Source: Escherichia phage vB_EcoM-LTH01
Length of the DNA stretch: 64,000 bases
Reading direction: 5' to 3' (one strand)
Sequence record: PP430345
Notes under the pieces: model-generated
Database searches by the model: none
What the model was told of the DNA's origin: nothing
Seen by the model: only the letters and a program-made list of their open reading frames with translations
Program-made: the position numbers and the translations under genes
Shown: piece after piece, positions 28,791 through 39,330 of the stretch
Position numbering within the stretch: the first letter of the stretch is position 1
Layout of the letters: each line of letters starts with the position of its first letter

Positions 28791-28972
28791 GATGTGGTAA
28801 AGGAAGATGGGTAGTTAGGGAAGGTGATTATGTAGAGATCCTTTCTAAAGAAAAGGGAAGCCTTTTGGCTTCCTTCAAAGTAAAAAGCGACATGTGCAAA
28901 GAAATGTTTGACATGTATCTTCACATTATGTACGATATTAGCGTTGATTACAAAATCAGGAAAATAAAATGA
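28787..28972 (+). CDS. hypothetical small protein
   Basis: 61-aa ORF. Confidence 0.3.
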   Translation: MRCGKGRWVVREGDYVEILSKEKGSLLASFKVKSDMCKEMFDMYLHIMYDISVDYKIRKIK

Positions 28973-29175
28973 ATATAGTATTTTTCGAAGGTGAAGATTG
29001 GGAAGGTATTTATGTTGACGGTAAGTTAGTGTTAGAAGGCCACAGGGTAGACATTAAGGAATTTATTTCTTACTTGGCAAAGAAAAGACTTGCTAACTTA
29101 GAGATTGTAAGGGAAAATGATTTGAGTAGTCCAATTGAAGATTACTTGCCACAATTTGTTGAAGATTTAAATTAA
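28969..29175 (+). CDS. hypothetical small protein
   Basis: 68-aa ORF. Confidence 0.35.
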   Translation: MNIVFFEGEDWEGIYVDGKLVLEGHRVDIKEFISYLAKKRLANLEIVRENDLSSPIEDYLPQFVEDLN

Positions 29176-29191
29176 TAGAGAGGAGATTTGA

Positions 29192-30220
29192 ATGTCCATG
29201 ATTGAAGCCCGTATTATTGCAGATTCTGTTGGCTATCGTAGTAAAGCTCGTATCACCACGTTTGAATTGACCTATCCTCGATTCATTCACTCAGAACTTA
29301 TGACACACCGACTGTTTAGTAGAAATGCAATGTCTTCTCGTGCAGTGCCGATCAAGACAATGGTTAAACTGATCCGTGAAAATATGGCAATGCCTGTTCG
29401 ATTTGGTGCTAACCAACCTGGTATGCAGGATAAAGGAACAGAACATGATGGTAAAGTATGGTATGATTGGGTGGAAGATACAAGTGGCGTGTGTCATGAA
29501 CTGTACTGTACCGGACGAGAAGCTTGGGCGAAGGCTGCGGAAAATGCCTGTGAATGGGCAGAACGTTTCGAGGCAGCGGGGTTCCATAAGCAGATTGCTA
29601 ACCGATTGATCGAGCCGTTCCAGATGATGAAGACTATCGTTACAGCAACAGAATTTGAAAACTTCTTCTGGTTACGTGTTGATGCAGACGCAGACCCAAC
29701 GATCGAAGTATTGGCTAAGAAAATGCACGAAGCTTATAAAGCTTCTACTCCAGAATGGTTACAACCTGGTGTGTGGCATACGCCTTACGTAGACCATTGT
29801 TTCGACTCTGGACCTTTGGGTGATGGGCATATTTTTGCAGGGTATTGTGTACAGGATGAAGATGGAAATCACATTATGCTGTCCGAAGAAGAGGCTTTGT
29901 CTATCTCTTCCTCTTGTTGTGGACAGGTAAGTTATCGTCGTCTTAACAATACGAAAGATAAGGCTTTGGATATTTATGCCAAGCTCGTATCCGGTAAAAA
30001 GGTCCACGCTTCTCCGTTCGAGCATCAGGCGAAGGAGATAGAAGAGACATTTGAACCCGATGAAGTACAAGACGGTTACAATATGGTAAATGTCCCTTGG
30101 TGTTCAGCATCTTGGGAAGAGGGTATTACTCACGTAGATCGTGACGGTAACTTCTGGAGTGGAAACCTGAAAGGGTTTGTTCAACATCGTCAGTTAATTC
30201 CTGGTCATGTTGCAAAATAA
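29192..30220 (+). CDS. putative flavin-dependent thymidylate synthase (ThyX-like)
   Basis: THRLFSRNAMSSR resembling the ThyX RHR-x7-S motif; nucleotide-metabolism context; longer (342 aa) than typical. Confidence 0.4.
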   Translation: MSMIEARIIADSVGYRSKARITTFELTYPRFIHSELMTHRLFSRNAMSSRAVPIKTMVKLIRENMAMPVRFGANQPGMQDKGTEHDGKVWYDWVEDTSGVCHELYCTGREAWAKAAENACEWAERFEAAGFHKQIANRLIEPFQMMKTIVTATEFENFFWLRVDADADPTIEVLAKKMHEAYKASTPEWLQPGVWHTPYVDHCFDSGPLGDGHIFAGYCVQDEDGNHIMLSEEEALSISSSCCGQVSYRRLNNTKDKALDIYAKLVSGKKVHASPFEHQAKEIEETFEPDEVQDGYNMVNVPWCSASWEEGITHVDRDGNFWSGNLKGFVQHRQLIPGHVAK

Positions 30221-30223
30221 GTG

Positions 30224-30252
30224 TTGACATTGGTTAGTTAATTTTATATTAT
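30224..30252 (+). promoter_or_regulatory. sigma70-like promoter
   Basis: TTGACA, 17-bp spacer, TATTAT. Confidence 0.5.
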
Positions 30253-30287
30253 TATCGGCGCTGGGGCATATTGCCCCTCTTTTTAAA

Positions 30288-30782
30288 ATGTTGTACGAGG
30301 AGATTAAAATGGGTTTTAAGAAAGAAGTTAAATACGGTGCAGTAACTCTGGATTTCATTTTGGAATGTGCAAAAATCATGAACTTCGACCCGAAGGATGA
30401 CAAAACTCTTCGTAAAGTCCTTCACCTGATCGGTTTCCAAGTTTCAATTCTGAATGAAGAGACTGGTGAGTATAAACCTTGCCAGATTGACCGAATTAAC
30501 CGAGTGAATGTGCGTTGTATTGATAAACCGTACCTTTGCCGTGAAACAACAGTGTTTTCTGGACGTTTACGTGACAAATCAGAATTCCCACTGGTAGATA
30601 TCTACGAAAAGATGGATATCTTAGATGTTAGCAGTTCTAAAGCAACAGCTTTTGTTAATTCTTTGGATTTTGATATTCCGGTTGTTGAAAAAGTGAATAC
30701 CCGTAAATACACACGAAAAGAAGATCGTTCTGAAACAATCGTTATGGATCTTCCTGAGTTTTCTGAGACACTGATTAAATAA
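30288..30782 (+). CDS. hypothetical protein
   Basis: 164-aa ORF. Confidence 0.45.
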   Translation: MLYEEIKMGFKKEVKYGAVTLDFILECAKIMNFDPKDDKTLRKVLHLIGFQVSILNEETGEYKPCQIDRINRVNVRCIDKPYLCRETTVFSGRLRDKSEFPLVDIYEKMDILDVSSSKATAFVNSLDFDIPVVEKVNTRKYTRKEDRSETIVMDLPEFSETLIK

Positions 30783-30796
30783 TAAGGAGAAATTTT

Positions 30797-31045
30797 ATGG
30801 GTAAAGCTAAATTAACAGTTCCGGTTGAGCAGACTAAGTGGTTCCAACGTGGTTTTGCAAGCAAGCATGAATACTTGGGTTGGTTGCAGTTTAATGATCT
30901 GGTTGATGATTCGTTTGGTTATGACGACACTTACCACGATCAGTACTCTGGATTAACTGTTCGATTAGGTGAACCGACATTTGAAAATGTCGATAAATAT
31001 GATACACTGATCAACAAGTCTGCAACTAAAACTGAAACTAAATAA
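30797..31045 (+). CDS. hypothetical protein
   Basis: 82-aa ORF. Confidence 0.4.
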   Translation: MGKAKLTVPVEQTKWFQRGFASKHEYLGWLQFNDLVDDSFGYDDTYHDQYSGLTVRLGEPTFENVDKYDTLINKSATKTETK

Positions 31046-31056
31046 GGAGAAATAAA

Positions 31057-33315
31057 TTGGGTATTACTGTTCGTAAGCGTAATGGTTCTGTAGAGAAATT
31101 CGAAGCTGAGAAGATCAACCGTGTTGTAGTTTGGTCTTGTGAAGGGGTTAATGATGTAAGTCCTTCTGATATCCTGATGAAATCTCAGATTCAGATGTAT
31201 GATGGTGTAGAAACCGACGCGATTCACGATACCCTGATCAAGTCCGCAGCGGACCTAATTAGTGTAGAAAGTCCAAACTATCAGTATCCAGCAGCACGTC
31301 TGCTTCTGTTTAAACTGCGTAAGCAGGCTTATGGTGGTTTTGAACCTCGTCCACTGTACGCTCACATTCTTATGACTGTAGCTCGCGGTAAATACGATGA
31401 ACATCTGATTTCAGATTACACGAAAGAAGAGATTGAATTTTTAGATACAGTTATCGATCATGACCGTGATTTTGATTACACTTACGCAGCTATGCGTCAG
31501 TACGAAGATAAATATCTGGTCAAGGATCGTGTAACAGGTGAAATCTTTGAATCTCCTCAGACAGCACTGATGCTGATCGCAATGTGCTTGATGAGTAAAG
31601 AAGATCCTAAGAAGCGTCTACAAAAAGTGATTGATCTGTACAACATGGTTTCTACCATGAAGGTTTCTCTGCCTACTCCGATTATGGGTGGTGTACGAAC
31701 TCCGACTCGCCAATTCAGTTCTTGTGTTCTGATTGAATCAGGTGATGATATTAACCAGATCTTTGCAGCAGTTGAAGCACAAGGTAAGTATGCAGCACAG
31801 CGAGCAGGCATTGGTTTGAACTTTGGCGCTATTCGTGGACAGGACGCTCCTATTCGCGGTGGGGAAGTTAAACATGCAGGTACGGTCGGCATTGTTCGAA
31901 TGTATCAAGAATCTTTAGGTTGGGCATCTCAAGGTGGTCTGCGTAAAGCTTCAGCTAACTACTTTTATCCGATTTGGCACTGGGACTTTGAAAACCTGAT
32001 CGTAATGAAGAACAACCGTGGTACTGAAAGCACCCGTGCACGACATGTTGATTATGGTGTGCAGATCAATAAGTTCTTCTATACTCGCTTACAGAAAGGT
32101 GGCAAGATCAGTTTCTTCCATCCAAACGTAGCAAACGGTGATCTGTATAAATACTTCTTCTCGGATCAAGAAGCATTTGCAGAACTGTATGAGAAATTGG
32201 AGGCAGATCCTTCCATTCCTCGCAAAGAGCTTGAAGCGACTGATGCTTTCACTCGTTTAGCTCAAGAACGTAGCCAGACAGGTCGTATTTATATTCAGAA
32301 CGTTGACCATTGCAATAGCAACAGTCCGTTCCTTCCTGATGTGGCTCCGATTAAGCAGTCTAACCTGTGTATGGAAATTGCATTACCTACGGCTCCGATC
32401 AATAACATTAAGGACCCGAAAGATTCTGGTGAAGTTGCACTGTGTACTTTATCAGCAATCAACCTCGGGAAGATTGAGAAGCTTGAAGATTTAGAAGAAC
32501 CTGTTATGATCACGGTACGTGCTCTTGATAACCTACTTGATTATCAGAACTATCCTGTTCTTGCAGCAGAGAAAACGTTACTGCGTCGTACTTTGGGTAT
32601 TGGCTGGACTAACTTGGCGTATTACTTAGCTAAACGTGGACTTAAATATAGTTCGCCGGAAGCTGCCAATGAAGTTCATAAACTTGCGGAAGCATTCCAG
32701 TTCTACCTGCTGAAAGCTTCTGTTCAGTTGGCGAAAGAGCGTGGTGCTTGTGAGTGGTACGATCAAACATCTTATTCTCGTGGCATCTTACCTATCGATC
32801 GCTACAAGAAAGAAGTTGATCAGTTACATACCGCAGAATTGCAACAAGATTGGGAAAGTTTGCGTCTGGATATCGCATTGCACGGATTACGTAACTCAAC
32901 GTTGTCCACAATGATGCCTTGTGAAACATCAAGCCAGATTACTAACTCTACCAACGGCATTGAACCTCCTCGTGGTCCAGTGACGTTTAAGAAGTCACCT
33001 GCGGGTATGCTTCCGACGCTGGTTCCTGGTGTTGGTGAGGAAGGTGTGGTGTACGAGTACAAATGGGATATGAATGGACCGACAGCTTATCTTAACCTGA
33101 TGGCTATCATCCAGAAGTTTATTGACCAGTCGATCTCGACCAATACTTTCTACAAACCTTGGGATTATCCAGGTGGCAAACTGCCGATTAAGATTGTACT
33201 GCGTGATCTGATGTATGCTTACAAGATTGGCCTGAAGACCGTTTACTATCAAGAAACTCGTGATGGTGAAGATGAAGAAGATGATGGCTGCGAATCAGGG
33301 GCTTGTAAATTGTGA
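31057..33315 (+). CDS. nrdA: ribonucleoside-diphosphate reductase alpha subunit (class Ia)
   Basis: N-terminal ATP-cone, 752 aa, C-terminal CESGAC redox tail; TTG start. Confidence 0.9.
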   Translation: MGITVRKRNGSVEKFEAEKINRVVVWSCEGVNDVSPSDILMKSQIQMYDGVETDAIHDTLIKSAADLISVESPNYQYPAARLLLFKLRKQAYGGFEPRPLYAHILMTVARGKYDEHLISDYTKEEIEFLDTVIDHDRDFDYTYAAMRQYEDKYLVKDRVTGEIFESPQTALMLIAMCLMSKEDPKKRLQKVIDLYNMVSTMKVSLPTPIMGGVRTPTRQFSSCVLIESGDDINQIFAAVEAQGKYAAQRAGIGLNFGAIRGQDAPIRGGEVKHAGTVGIVRMYQESLGWASQGGLRKASANYFYPIWHWDFENLIVMKNNRGTESTRARHVDYGVQINKFFYTRLQKGGKISFFHPNVANGDLYKYFFSDQEAFAELYEKLEADPSIPRKELEATDAFTRLAQERSQTGRIYIQNVDHCNSNSPFLPDVAPIKQSNLCMEIALPTAPINNIKDPKDSGEVALCTLSAINLGKIEKLEDLEEPVMITVRALDNLLDYQNYPVLAAEKTLLRRTLGIGWTNLAYYLAKRGLKYSSPEAANEVHKLAEAFQFYLLKASVQLAKERGACEWYDQTSYSRGILPIDRYKKEVDQLHTAELQQDWESLRLDIALHGLRNSTLSTMMPCETSSQITNSTNGIEPPRGPVTFKKSPAGMLPTLVPGVGEEGVVYEYKWDMNGPTAYLNLMAIIQKFIDQSISTNTFYKPWDYPGGKLPIKIVLRDLMYAYKIGLKTVYYQETRDGEDEEDDGCESGACKL

Positions 33316-33355
33316 CAATGAATAACCACCCTTTGGGGTGGTTCTGAGGAGGAAT

Positions 33356-33544
33356 ATGAAGTTTATCTCGTGGTTCTTTATTGATCGTTGGACATTTAAA
33401 CGGCAGGCAAAAAGATTCGGAACGAAATATCCAGGTTGTGGCACAGAGATCTATATGGCTGCACTTCGTAACAATCTTGCTGGTTGTCGAGACAATAAAT
33501 ATATTGCAAAAGATATGTTTAAGATTCTCAACAAGTACAATTGA
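33356..33544 (+). CDS. hypothetical small protein
   Basis: Start at ATG 33356 after GAGGAGG. Confidence 0.35.
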   Translation: MKFISWFFIDRWTFKRQAKRFGTKYPGCGTEIYMAALRNNLAGCRDNKYIAKDMFKILNKYN

Positions 33545-33548
33545 AATT

Positions 33549-33573
33549 AACCGCCCTTCTGGGCGGTTTTTTA
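33549..33573 (+). terminator. rho-independent terminator
   Basis: CCGCCCTTCTGGGCGG hairpin then T6. Confidence 0.7.
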
Positions 33574-33601
33574 TTGACTTTGATAACGTAATCTGTATAA
33601 T
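33574..33601 (+). promoter_or_regulatory. sigma70-like promoter
   Basis: TTGACT, 16-bp spacer, TATAAT. Confidence 0.55.
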
Positions 33602-33630
33602 AAACCACATAAAAGAGACAGGAGGAAAAG

Positions 33631-33972
33631 ATGAAGATTTGGCTTGATGATTTGAGAGATCCGAAAGATTACGGGCATGATGATGCCACCTGGTTTAAAA
33701 ATTCTGACCAGTTTATCGAGTTCCTTGAGGACCCTAATAAAATGTATCGTCGGGTAACAGAATGGCATTTCGACAATGACCTCGGTGAAGATTCAAAAGA
33801 AGGTTACCGCTGCTTAGAAATGTTAGAAGAAAAGCTTGTGTTTGGCAAACCGATCCTGTATCCTGCTGTTCTGTTTGTTCACACTTCAAATCCGAGTGCC
33901 GCACAAAAGTTTATGGCAGCAAAGGAAGTCTTTAAGCGATATGGGATTGAAATTTTAAGAAATAACTATTGA
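33631..33972 (+). CDS. hypothetical protein
   Basis: 113-aa ORF with GGAGG RBS. Confidence 0.45.
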   Translation: MKIWLDDLRDPKDYGHDDATWFKNSDQFIEFLEDPNKMYRRVTEWHFDNDLGEDSKEGYRCLEMLEEKLVFGKPILYPAVLFVHTSNPSAAQKFMAAKEVFKRYGIEILRNNY

Positions 33973-33996
33973 TTTCCTGGTAAGTTTAGGTATAAT
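33969..33996 (+). promoter_or_regulatory. sigma70-like promoter upstream of nrdB
   Basis: TTGATT, 16-bp spacer, TATAAT. Confidence 0.4.
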
Positions 33997-34027
33997 GGTT
34001 TTCAGATTAGCGAAGAGGAGATAATAA

Positions 34028-35125
34028 GTGAGTTACACAACTTTTAACAAAAACCAGTTTGATTTTATGGAACAACCGATGTTCTTTGGCGAGTCTGTTA
34101 ACGTTTCTCGTTATGACAAGCAAAAACACAACAAATTTGAAAAGCTGACAGAAAAGCAGTTGGCATTCTTCTGGCGACCGGAAGAAATCGATGTGACCCG
34201 TGACCGAATTGACTTTATGGGATTACCTGATCATGAAAAACATATTTTCATTAGTAACCTTAAGTATCAAACATTGCTTGATTCAGTTCAAGGGCGTGGC
34301 CCGAATGCAGTATTACTTCCAATTGTTTCTGACCCAGCTTTGGAAACTTGGATTGAGACTTGGGGTTTCAGTGAAACAATCCACAGCCGTTCATATACAC
34401 ACATTATTCGAAATGTATTTAGTGATCCTTCTGCAATTCTTGATGAGATCATGAAAACTCCAGAAATTCTGGAACGTGCAGATGCAGTTACGAAGCTGTA
34501 TGACGATTTATTCCAGTTGAACAGTCGTTACGCTTTGAACTTGCCAGTCGATCGTTATGCACATGCACGAGCACTGTATCTGTGTATGCACAGTATTAAT
34601 GCTTTGGAAGCAATCCGCTTCTATGTGAGTTTTGCATGTTCGTTTGCATTTGGTGAGCGTAGTATCATGACTGGCAACACCAACATTATCGAACTGATCG
34701 CTCGTGATGAAGCATTGCATTTGTCGGGTACTCAGTATATTCTGAACGAAATGCAGAGTGGTCGTGAAGGTGACCTTATTGCACGAGTCGCAGAAGATTG
34801 TAAAGATGAAGCCCGTGAGTTGTTCTTACAGGCACGACAGCAAGAACGTGATTGGGCAGAATACCTGTTCAAAGATGGTTCGATGGTTGGACTGAATAAA
34901 GAGATCCTGTGGCAATACGTAGATTATATGGCTGACCAACGTATGCGAGCAGTTGGTTTAGATAGTTTCATCGGTAAGCCACTGAAGAACCCGATCCCTT
35001 GGATCAATAGCCACCTGAATACTAAAAACGTCCAGGTGACTCCACAGGAACTAGAAAATGGTCAATATCTGTCTGGTCAGGTTGACTCTTCAGTAAGTGC
35101 ATCTGACTTCGATTTCGAACTTTAA
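34028..35125 (+). CDS. nrdB: ribonucleoside-diphosphate reductase beta subunit
   Basis: 365 aa with di-iron ligand pattern; GTG start after GAGGAG. Confidence 0.85.
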   Translation: MSYTTFNKNQFDFMEQPMFFGESVNVSRYDKQKHNKFEKLTEKQLAFFWRPEEIDVTRDRIDFMGLPDHEKHIFISNLKYQTLLDSVQGRGPNAVLLPIVSDPALETWIETWGFSETIHSRSYTHIIRNVFSDPSAILDEIMKTPEILERADAVTKLYDDLFQLNSRYALNLPVDRYAHARALYLCMHSINALEAIRFYVSFACSFAFGERSIMTGNTNIIELIARDEALHLSGTQYILNEMQSGREGDLIARVAEDCKDEARELFLQARQQERDWAEYLFKDGSMVGLNKEILWQYVDYMADQRMRAVGLDSFIGKPLKNPIPWINSHLNTKNVQVTPQELENGQYLSGQVDSSVSASDFDFEL

Positions 35126-35165
35126 TAAGCTGGGCCGAAAGGCCCTTAACCTGGAGATTCTAAAA

Positions 35166-35360
35166 GTGAAAAAACTTATTTGTACTTTTGCAGTGGAAGG
35201 TTTTGTGTTTGAACAGAATTCTGTTTATGAGGGATCAGATGATCTCCAATATGTGAGCACTGATCTTGGTGTACCTTGGGCATTGAATGAAGATATTAAA
35301 GTTCGTGAAAATTATTACGAAATTGAATCAACAGTGCTTGCAACGTTCAAAGAAGTGTGA
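35166..35360 (+). CDS. hypothetical small protein
   Basis: Start tentatively at GTG 35166; ORF-track start overlaps nrdB. Confidence 0.3.
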   Translation: MKKLICTFAVEGFVFEQNSVYEGSDDLQYVSTDLGVPWALNEDIKVRENYYEIESTVLATFKEV

Positions 35361-35397
35361 TTAAATAGTTTTGTTTTCTGGATAAAGGAGATTGATA

Positions 35398-35685
35398 ATG
35401 AGTAATGTGATTTTTGGTAAAGTAAACTGCCCATTCTGTGACAATGCAAAAACCCTCCTTGGTCAGAAAGGTTATGAGTATGAGTATATTGACGTGGGTG
35501 CAAACTCTGGCAATCTGCAAGAGATGGTTAAAAAGGTAAGCGATGCTGTTGGTTATGTTCCACGTACAGTTCCTCAGATTTTTATTGACAGCGAGTACGT
35601 TGGTGGCTACACTGAACTGGTAGCAAAGAATTTGCCGAGCAAAGTAGAACTTGACTTCAATAACGATGACCTGGGAGATCTGTAA
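35398..35685 (+). CDS. glutaredoxin-like protein (NrdH/NrdC-type)
   Basis: CPFC active site near N-terminus; start at ATG 35398. Confidence 0.6.
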   Translation: MSNVIFGKVNCPFCDNAKTLLGQKGYEYEYIDVGANSGNLQEMVKKVSDAVGYVPRTVPQIFIDSEYVGGYTELVAKNLPSKVELDFNNDDLGDL

Positions 35686-36095
35686 TGACTAATACCGTTG
35701 ATAAAATTGAAAAAGAACTGACTGATCGTGAGCGTCTGCTTCATAAAATTGCAAAGTACGTTGTTGGTAAGGCAATTGACGCAAACCTTGAGGTGGCAGT
35801 GATGACACTGGACTTCCTGAAAGGTATTGAAGATAAGACAGAAGAAGATATCATTAAGGTCCGAAATCAACAGAAGATCGTTGAAGCGATGACTTCTGAA
35901 AATTACGAAAAGGTAATGCAGAATGCGATCGTGGAAAATATGGATTCGTTATCCACTGAACATCTTCAACGCTTTGTAGACGAAATTGAATATTCAGAAG
36001 CTATCGCTGAAGTTCAGTTGAAAATGTCTGTGGCGATGAAAGAGATCCAAGATGATTTGATCTTGGGGTATGTAAAAACTGAAGTTACTCACTAG
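35685..36095 (+). CDS. hypothetical protein
   Basis: 136-aa ORF, ATGA overlap. Confidence 0.45.
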   Translation: MTNTVDKIEKELTDRERLLHKIAKYVVGKAIDANLEVAVMTLDFLKGIEDKTEEDIIKVRNQQKIVEAMTSENYEKVMQNAIVENMDSLSTEHLQRFVDEIEYSEAIAEVQLKMSVAMKEIQDDLILGYVKTEVTH

Positions 36096-36103
36096 GAGAC
36101 TTA

Positions 36104-36487
36104 ATGGGATTTGTATTAGGTAAACGGAGTATTGAACGTCTTAAGGGCGTTCATCCCGACTTGGTTGAAGTTGTGAAACTGGCAATCAAAAAGAGTACGA
36201 TTGACTTTACTGTTGGTGAAGGTCTACGTACAATAGAAACCCAACGTAAGTATGTTGCAGAAGGTAAGAGTAAGACGATGAATAGTCGTCATCTGACCGG
36301 ACATGCTGTAGATTTGTGGCCTTTGGTTAACGGATCGGTTACTTGGGACTGGAAATATTATTACCCGATGGCAGAAGCTGTTAAGGATGCAGCAAAAGAA
36401 TTAAACATCCCGATTGAGTGGGGCGGTGATTGGACTTCATTTAAAGATGGTCCTCATTTCCAACTCCCTCATAAACTCTACCCTTAA
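36104..36487 (+). CDS. endolysin, L-alanyl-D-glutamate peptidase (T5 Lys-like)
   Basis: 127 aa; GEGLRTIETQ...SRHLTGHAVDL...GGDW layout recalled from T5 endolysin. Confidence 0.6.
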   Translation: MGFVLGKRSIERLKGVHPDLVEVVKLAIKKSTIDFTVGEGLRTIETQRKYVAEGKSKTMNSRHLTGHAVDLWPLVNGSVTWDWKYYYPMAEAVKDAAKELNIPIEWGGDWTSFKDGPHFQLPHKLYP

Positions 36488-36502
36488 GAAGCGAGGTACT
36501 CT

Positions 36503-37255
36503 ATGCAACGTCATACTAATCGTAAATCTCGTCAGGATCGTCGTGAAGAGAAGCGTTCAAAAGGCCGTCAGGTAACACCTAAAGCATATGAAGAGTTGAA
36601 AAAACCTATTACTCCAAAGAACCGATTCCAAAAGGAATTGTTATCCCTGGTTAACGAGAAGGAAGTTGTTTTCGTTAACGCTCCGGCGGGTACAGGTAAG
36701 ACATTTGTCATTATGAGTACCGTTATTGATTGGCTGAAGCAAGGTAAGATTGAAAAGATCGTCCTTACTCGACCAACATTGGGAATGGGGAACAGCCTCG
36801 GGTTACTACCTGGGACTATCCGTGAGAAATTCGAGCCTTTCCTTCAGGCACTTATTCAGGTTATTCAGCAACGCTACGGTCACGGTTTCTTTGAAACTCA
36901 GTTGGGTTGTGGTAACATTGAATTTGTTCCTCTGGAATATATCCGTGGACGTTCTTTCGATAATGCGGTTGTTATTGTCGATGAGTTTCAGAACACAGAT
37001 GAAGATACGGCTTACACGATTATGACTCGTAAAGGTGAAAGTTCTAAGCTGTTCTGCTTAGGCGATATCACACAGAACGATATGCGTAATCGTGAAACTG
37101 GATTAGAATGGGCAATCGAATTCATTGATCGTCATGAACTTTACGACTTTGCTGACTATGTGGAAGCAACAAGTGAAGAAATTGTCCGTAGTCCATTCTG
37201 TAAGGCAGTTGTTAAAGCTCGTGAAAGGGATCTTAAAGGAGGTAATTTAGTTTGA
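36503..37255 (+). CDS. phoH: PhoH-like ATPase
   Basis: Walker A VNAPAGTGKTF; PhoH-like downstream motifs. Confidence 0.8.
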   Translation: MQRHTNRKSRQDRREEKRSKGRQVTPKAYEELKKPITPKNRFQKELLSLVNEKEVVFVNAPAGTGKTFVIMSTVIDWLKQGKIEKIVLTRPTLGMGNSLGLLPGTIREKFEPFLQALIQVIQQRYGHGFFETQLGCGNIEFVPLEYIRGRSFDNAVVIVDEFQNTDEDTAYTIMTRKGESSKLFCLGDITQNDMRNRETGLEWAIEFIDRHELYDFADYVEATSEEIVRSPFCKAVVKARERDLKGGNLV

Positions 37256-39330
37256 TTATTGCAAAACGTGACGGGCGTGAAGAAACCTTGTGCACGGATA
37301 AGATCGGAGCAGCCCTTCGGGGCGCTCTTTTATCTGCTGGCACTAAAGCCGATATTGATAAACTTATTGCTAAAGTTGTCAGCCAGATTGAAGGGAAAGA
37401 CCGTGTATCGGTAGAAGAGATTCATAAGGTTGTTGAAAATACTCTAATGAGTCAGAAAAATCTTCAAGATGCTGCTCGATGCTATATCGAATATCGTCAT
37501 GACAGAGATTCAATTCGTGAAGGTAAAGGTAAACTTTATGCGGATATTAGTGGATTTTTGGATCAGACGGCTGAAGAATTTACTCGTGAGAATGCGAATA
37601 AGCCCAGCAACTTGGTAAATACTCATCGAGATTTACTGGCAGGTATTTTGAGTAAACATATTAGTGTTAATCAAATCTTACCGAAAGATCTTGCGGCTTG
37701 GCACAATGACGGATACGGCCACATTCATGATTTGGATTATCTGGTTAGTCCTTTGACAAACTGTTGCCTGGTTAACTATCGGGATATGCTGGAAAATGGT
37801 TTTAAGATTGGTAACGCAAAGATTGAAAAACCTAAATCTATTGGTGTAGCAACAACAGTTCTAACACAGATTATTCAGGCTGTAGCATCCAGTCAATACG
37901 GAGGACAAACATGTGCTCATATTGATGAGGGTTTGAAAACATATGTTGAGATGAGCCACAAAAAGAATGTTGAGTTTTTAGAAAAGATCGGAAAACCTAA
38001 TGAATCTTTAGCAATGGAAATGACAGACAGGGATGTGTATGATGCAATGCAAACTCTGGTTTATCAGGTTAATACTTTAATGAGTGTTAACGGTCAATCA
38101 CCTTTCATTACGATCAGCATGGGTCTTGAAACTTCAGAGTTTGGGAGAATGATTACCAAAAACTACCTAAAGGTCCATACCGAGGGGCTTGGTAAAGATA
38201 AGGTAACTCCAGTTTTTCCGAAGGTTGTCTTCTTTTTGCAAGATGGTGTAAACCTGAAGCCAGATGATGTTAATTATGATCTGAAACAAATGGCAATGCA
38301 GTGCTGTGTTGAAAGGATCTATCCTGACTTCATCTCTGTGCCATTAAATAAAGAGGTTACTGGATCTTCAGATGGGAAAGTTACAAGTATGGGTTGTAGG
38401 AGCTTCCTTTCCAAATTTACGACAGAACATGGAGAGAAGTATGATGGGAGGTTCAACCTGGGTGTTGTGTCGATCAACCTACCATTGATTGCGGCAGAGT
38501 ATAAAGCCAAAGGTGGTAATTTTTATGCACTTCTTGACCAGCACATGGAAAACGCATATGAATCGCATATGGTTCGTGTCAACCGACTTAAAAATGTAAA
38601 AGCTTCTCAAAACCCCACGCTTTTTATGGAAGGAGCTTTGGCAAGACTGGGAGCTAACGAAAAGATCGGTAAGTTATTCTACGATGGGTATGCCTCAATC
38701 AGTGTCGGGTATGTGGGATTATCTGAAACTGTTGAGATTATTGTTGGGAAAAAGGATAAGGGTTTGGCGGTAATGATCCTCAATCACATGAAAATAAAAT
38801 GTGATGAATTTAAAGAGCGCTCACGTATTTCCTTTAGCCTCTACGGAACACCTGCTGAGAGTTTATGTTATCGTTTCGCTACCAAGCTTAAGGAAAAATA
38901 TCCAGGGGTTCTTGATCGGGATTACCTTACAAACTCCTTTCATGCACCTGTTTGGGAACATTCAGATCCTTTCAGTAAATGGAAGTACGAGTCAGGTTTT
39001 GCAACAATAAGTTCTGGTGGTAATATCGGGTACGTTGAAACGCCAAACTTGAAAAATAACATTAAGGCGCTTGAAACATTGATCGACTATGGTTATGATA
39101 CTATACCTTACTTTGGTGTCAATCAACCTGTGGACCAGTGCTTTAAGTGTAACTTTAGTGGTGAGTTTCATGCAACAGCAAAAGGTTTTGAATGCCCTTG
39201 TTGCGGGAATAAAGAAGAAGGAACAATTTCAGTAATCCGACGGGTTTCTGGTTATTTATCGGCTCCGAATGCAAGACCTTATAATAAGGGTAAGATGCAG
39301 GAGGTCTTACAAAGGGAAAAACACGTTTGA
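37252..39330 (+). CDS. nrdD: anaerobic ribonucleoside-triphosphate reductase
   Basis: 692 aa; C-terminal Cys cluster and glycyl-radical region RRVSGYLS. Confidence 0.85.
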   Translation: MIIAKRDGREETLCTDKIGAALRGALLSAGTKADIDKLIAKVVSQIEGKDRVSVEEIHKVVENTLMSQKNLQDAARCYIEYRHDRDSIREGKGKLYADISGFLDQTAEEFTRENANKPSNLVNTHRDLLAGILSKHISVNQILPKDLAAWHNDGYGHIHDLDYLVSPLTNCCLVNYRDMLENGFKIGNAKIEKPKSIGVATTVLTQIIQAVASSQYGGQTCAHIDEGLKTYVEMSHKKNVEFLEKIGKPNESLAMEMTDRDVYDAMQTLVYQVNTLMSVNGQSPFITISMGLETSEFGRMITKNYLKVHTEGLGKDKVTPVFPKVVFFLQDGVNLKPDDVNYDLKQMAMQCCVERIYPDFISVPLNKEVTGSSDGKVTSMGCRSFLSKFTTEHGEKYDGRFNLGVVSINLPLIAAEYKAKGGNFYALLDQHMENAYESHMVRVNRLKNVKASQNPTLFMEGALARLGANEKIGKLFYDGYASISVGYVGLSETVEIIVGKKDKGLAVMILNHMKIKCDEFKERSRISFSLYGTPAESLCYRFATKLKEKYPGVLDRDYLTNSFHAPVWEHSDPFSKWKYESGFATISSGGNIGYVETPNLKNNIKALETLIDYGYDTIPYFGVNQPVDQCFKCNFSGEFHATAKGFECPCCGNKEEGTISVIRRVSGYLSAPNARPYNKGKMQEVLQREKHV

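Noticed and set aside
29192-30220. Calling this gene thyA (classical thymidylate synthase)
   Set aside because: No ThyA active-site Cys-containing PCH-type motif recognised; the RHR-like/Ser pattern fits ThyX better, so it is kept as ThyX-like at low confidence.
33325-33344. Hairpin AACCACCCtttgGGGTGGTT after nrdA as a terminator
   Set aside because: No T-tract follows; it is immediately followed by an RBS and ATG, so it was not called as a terminator (possibly an RNA stability or processing element).
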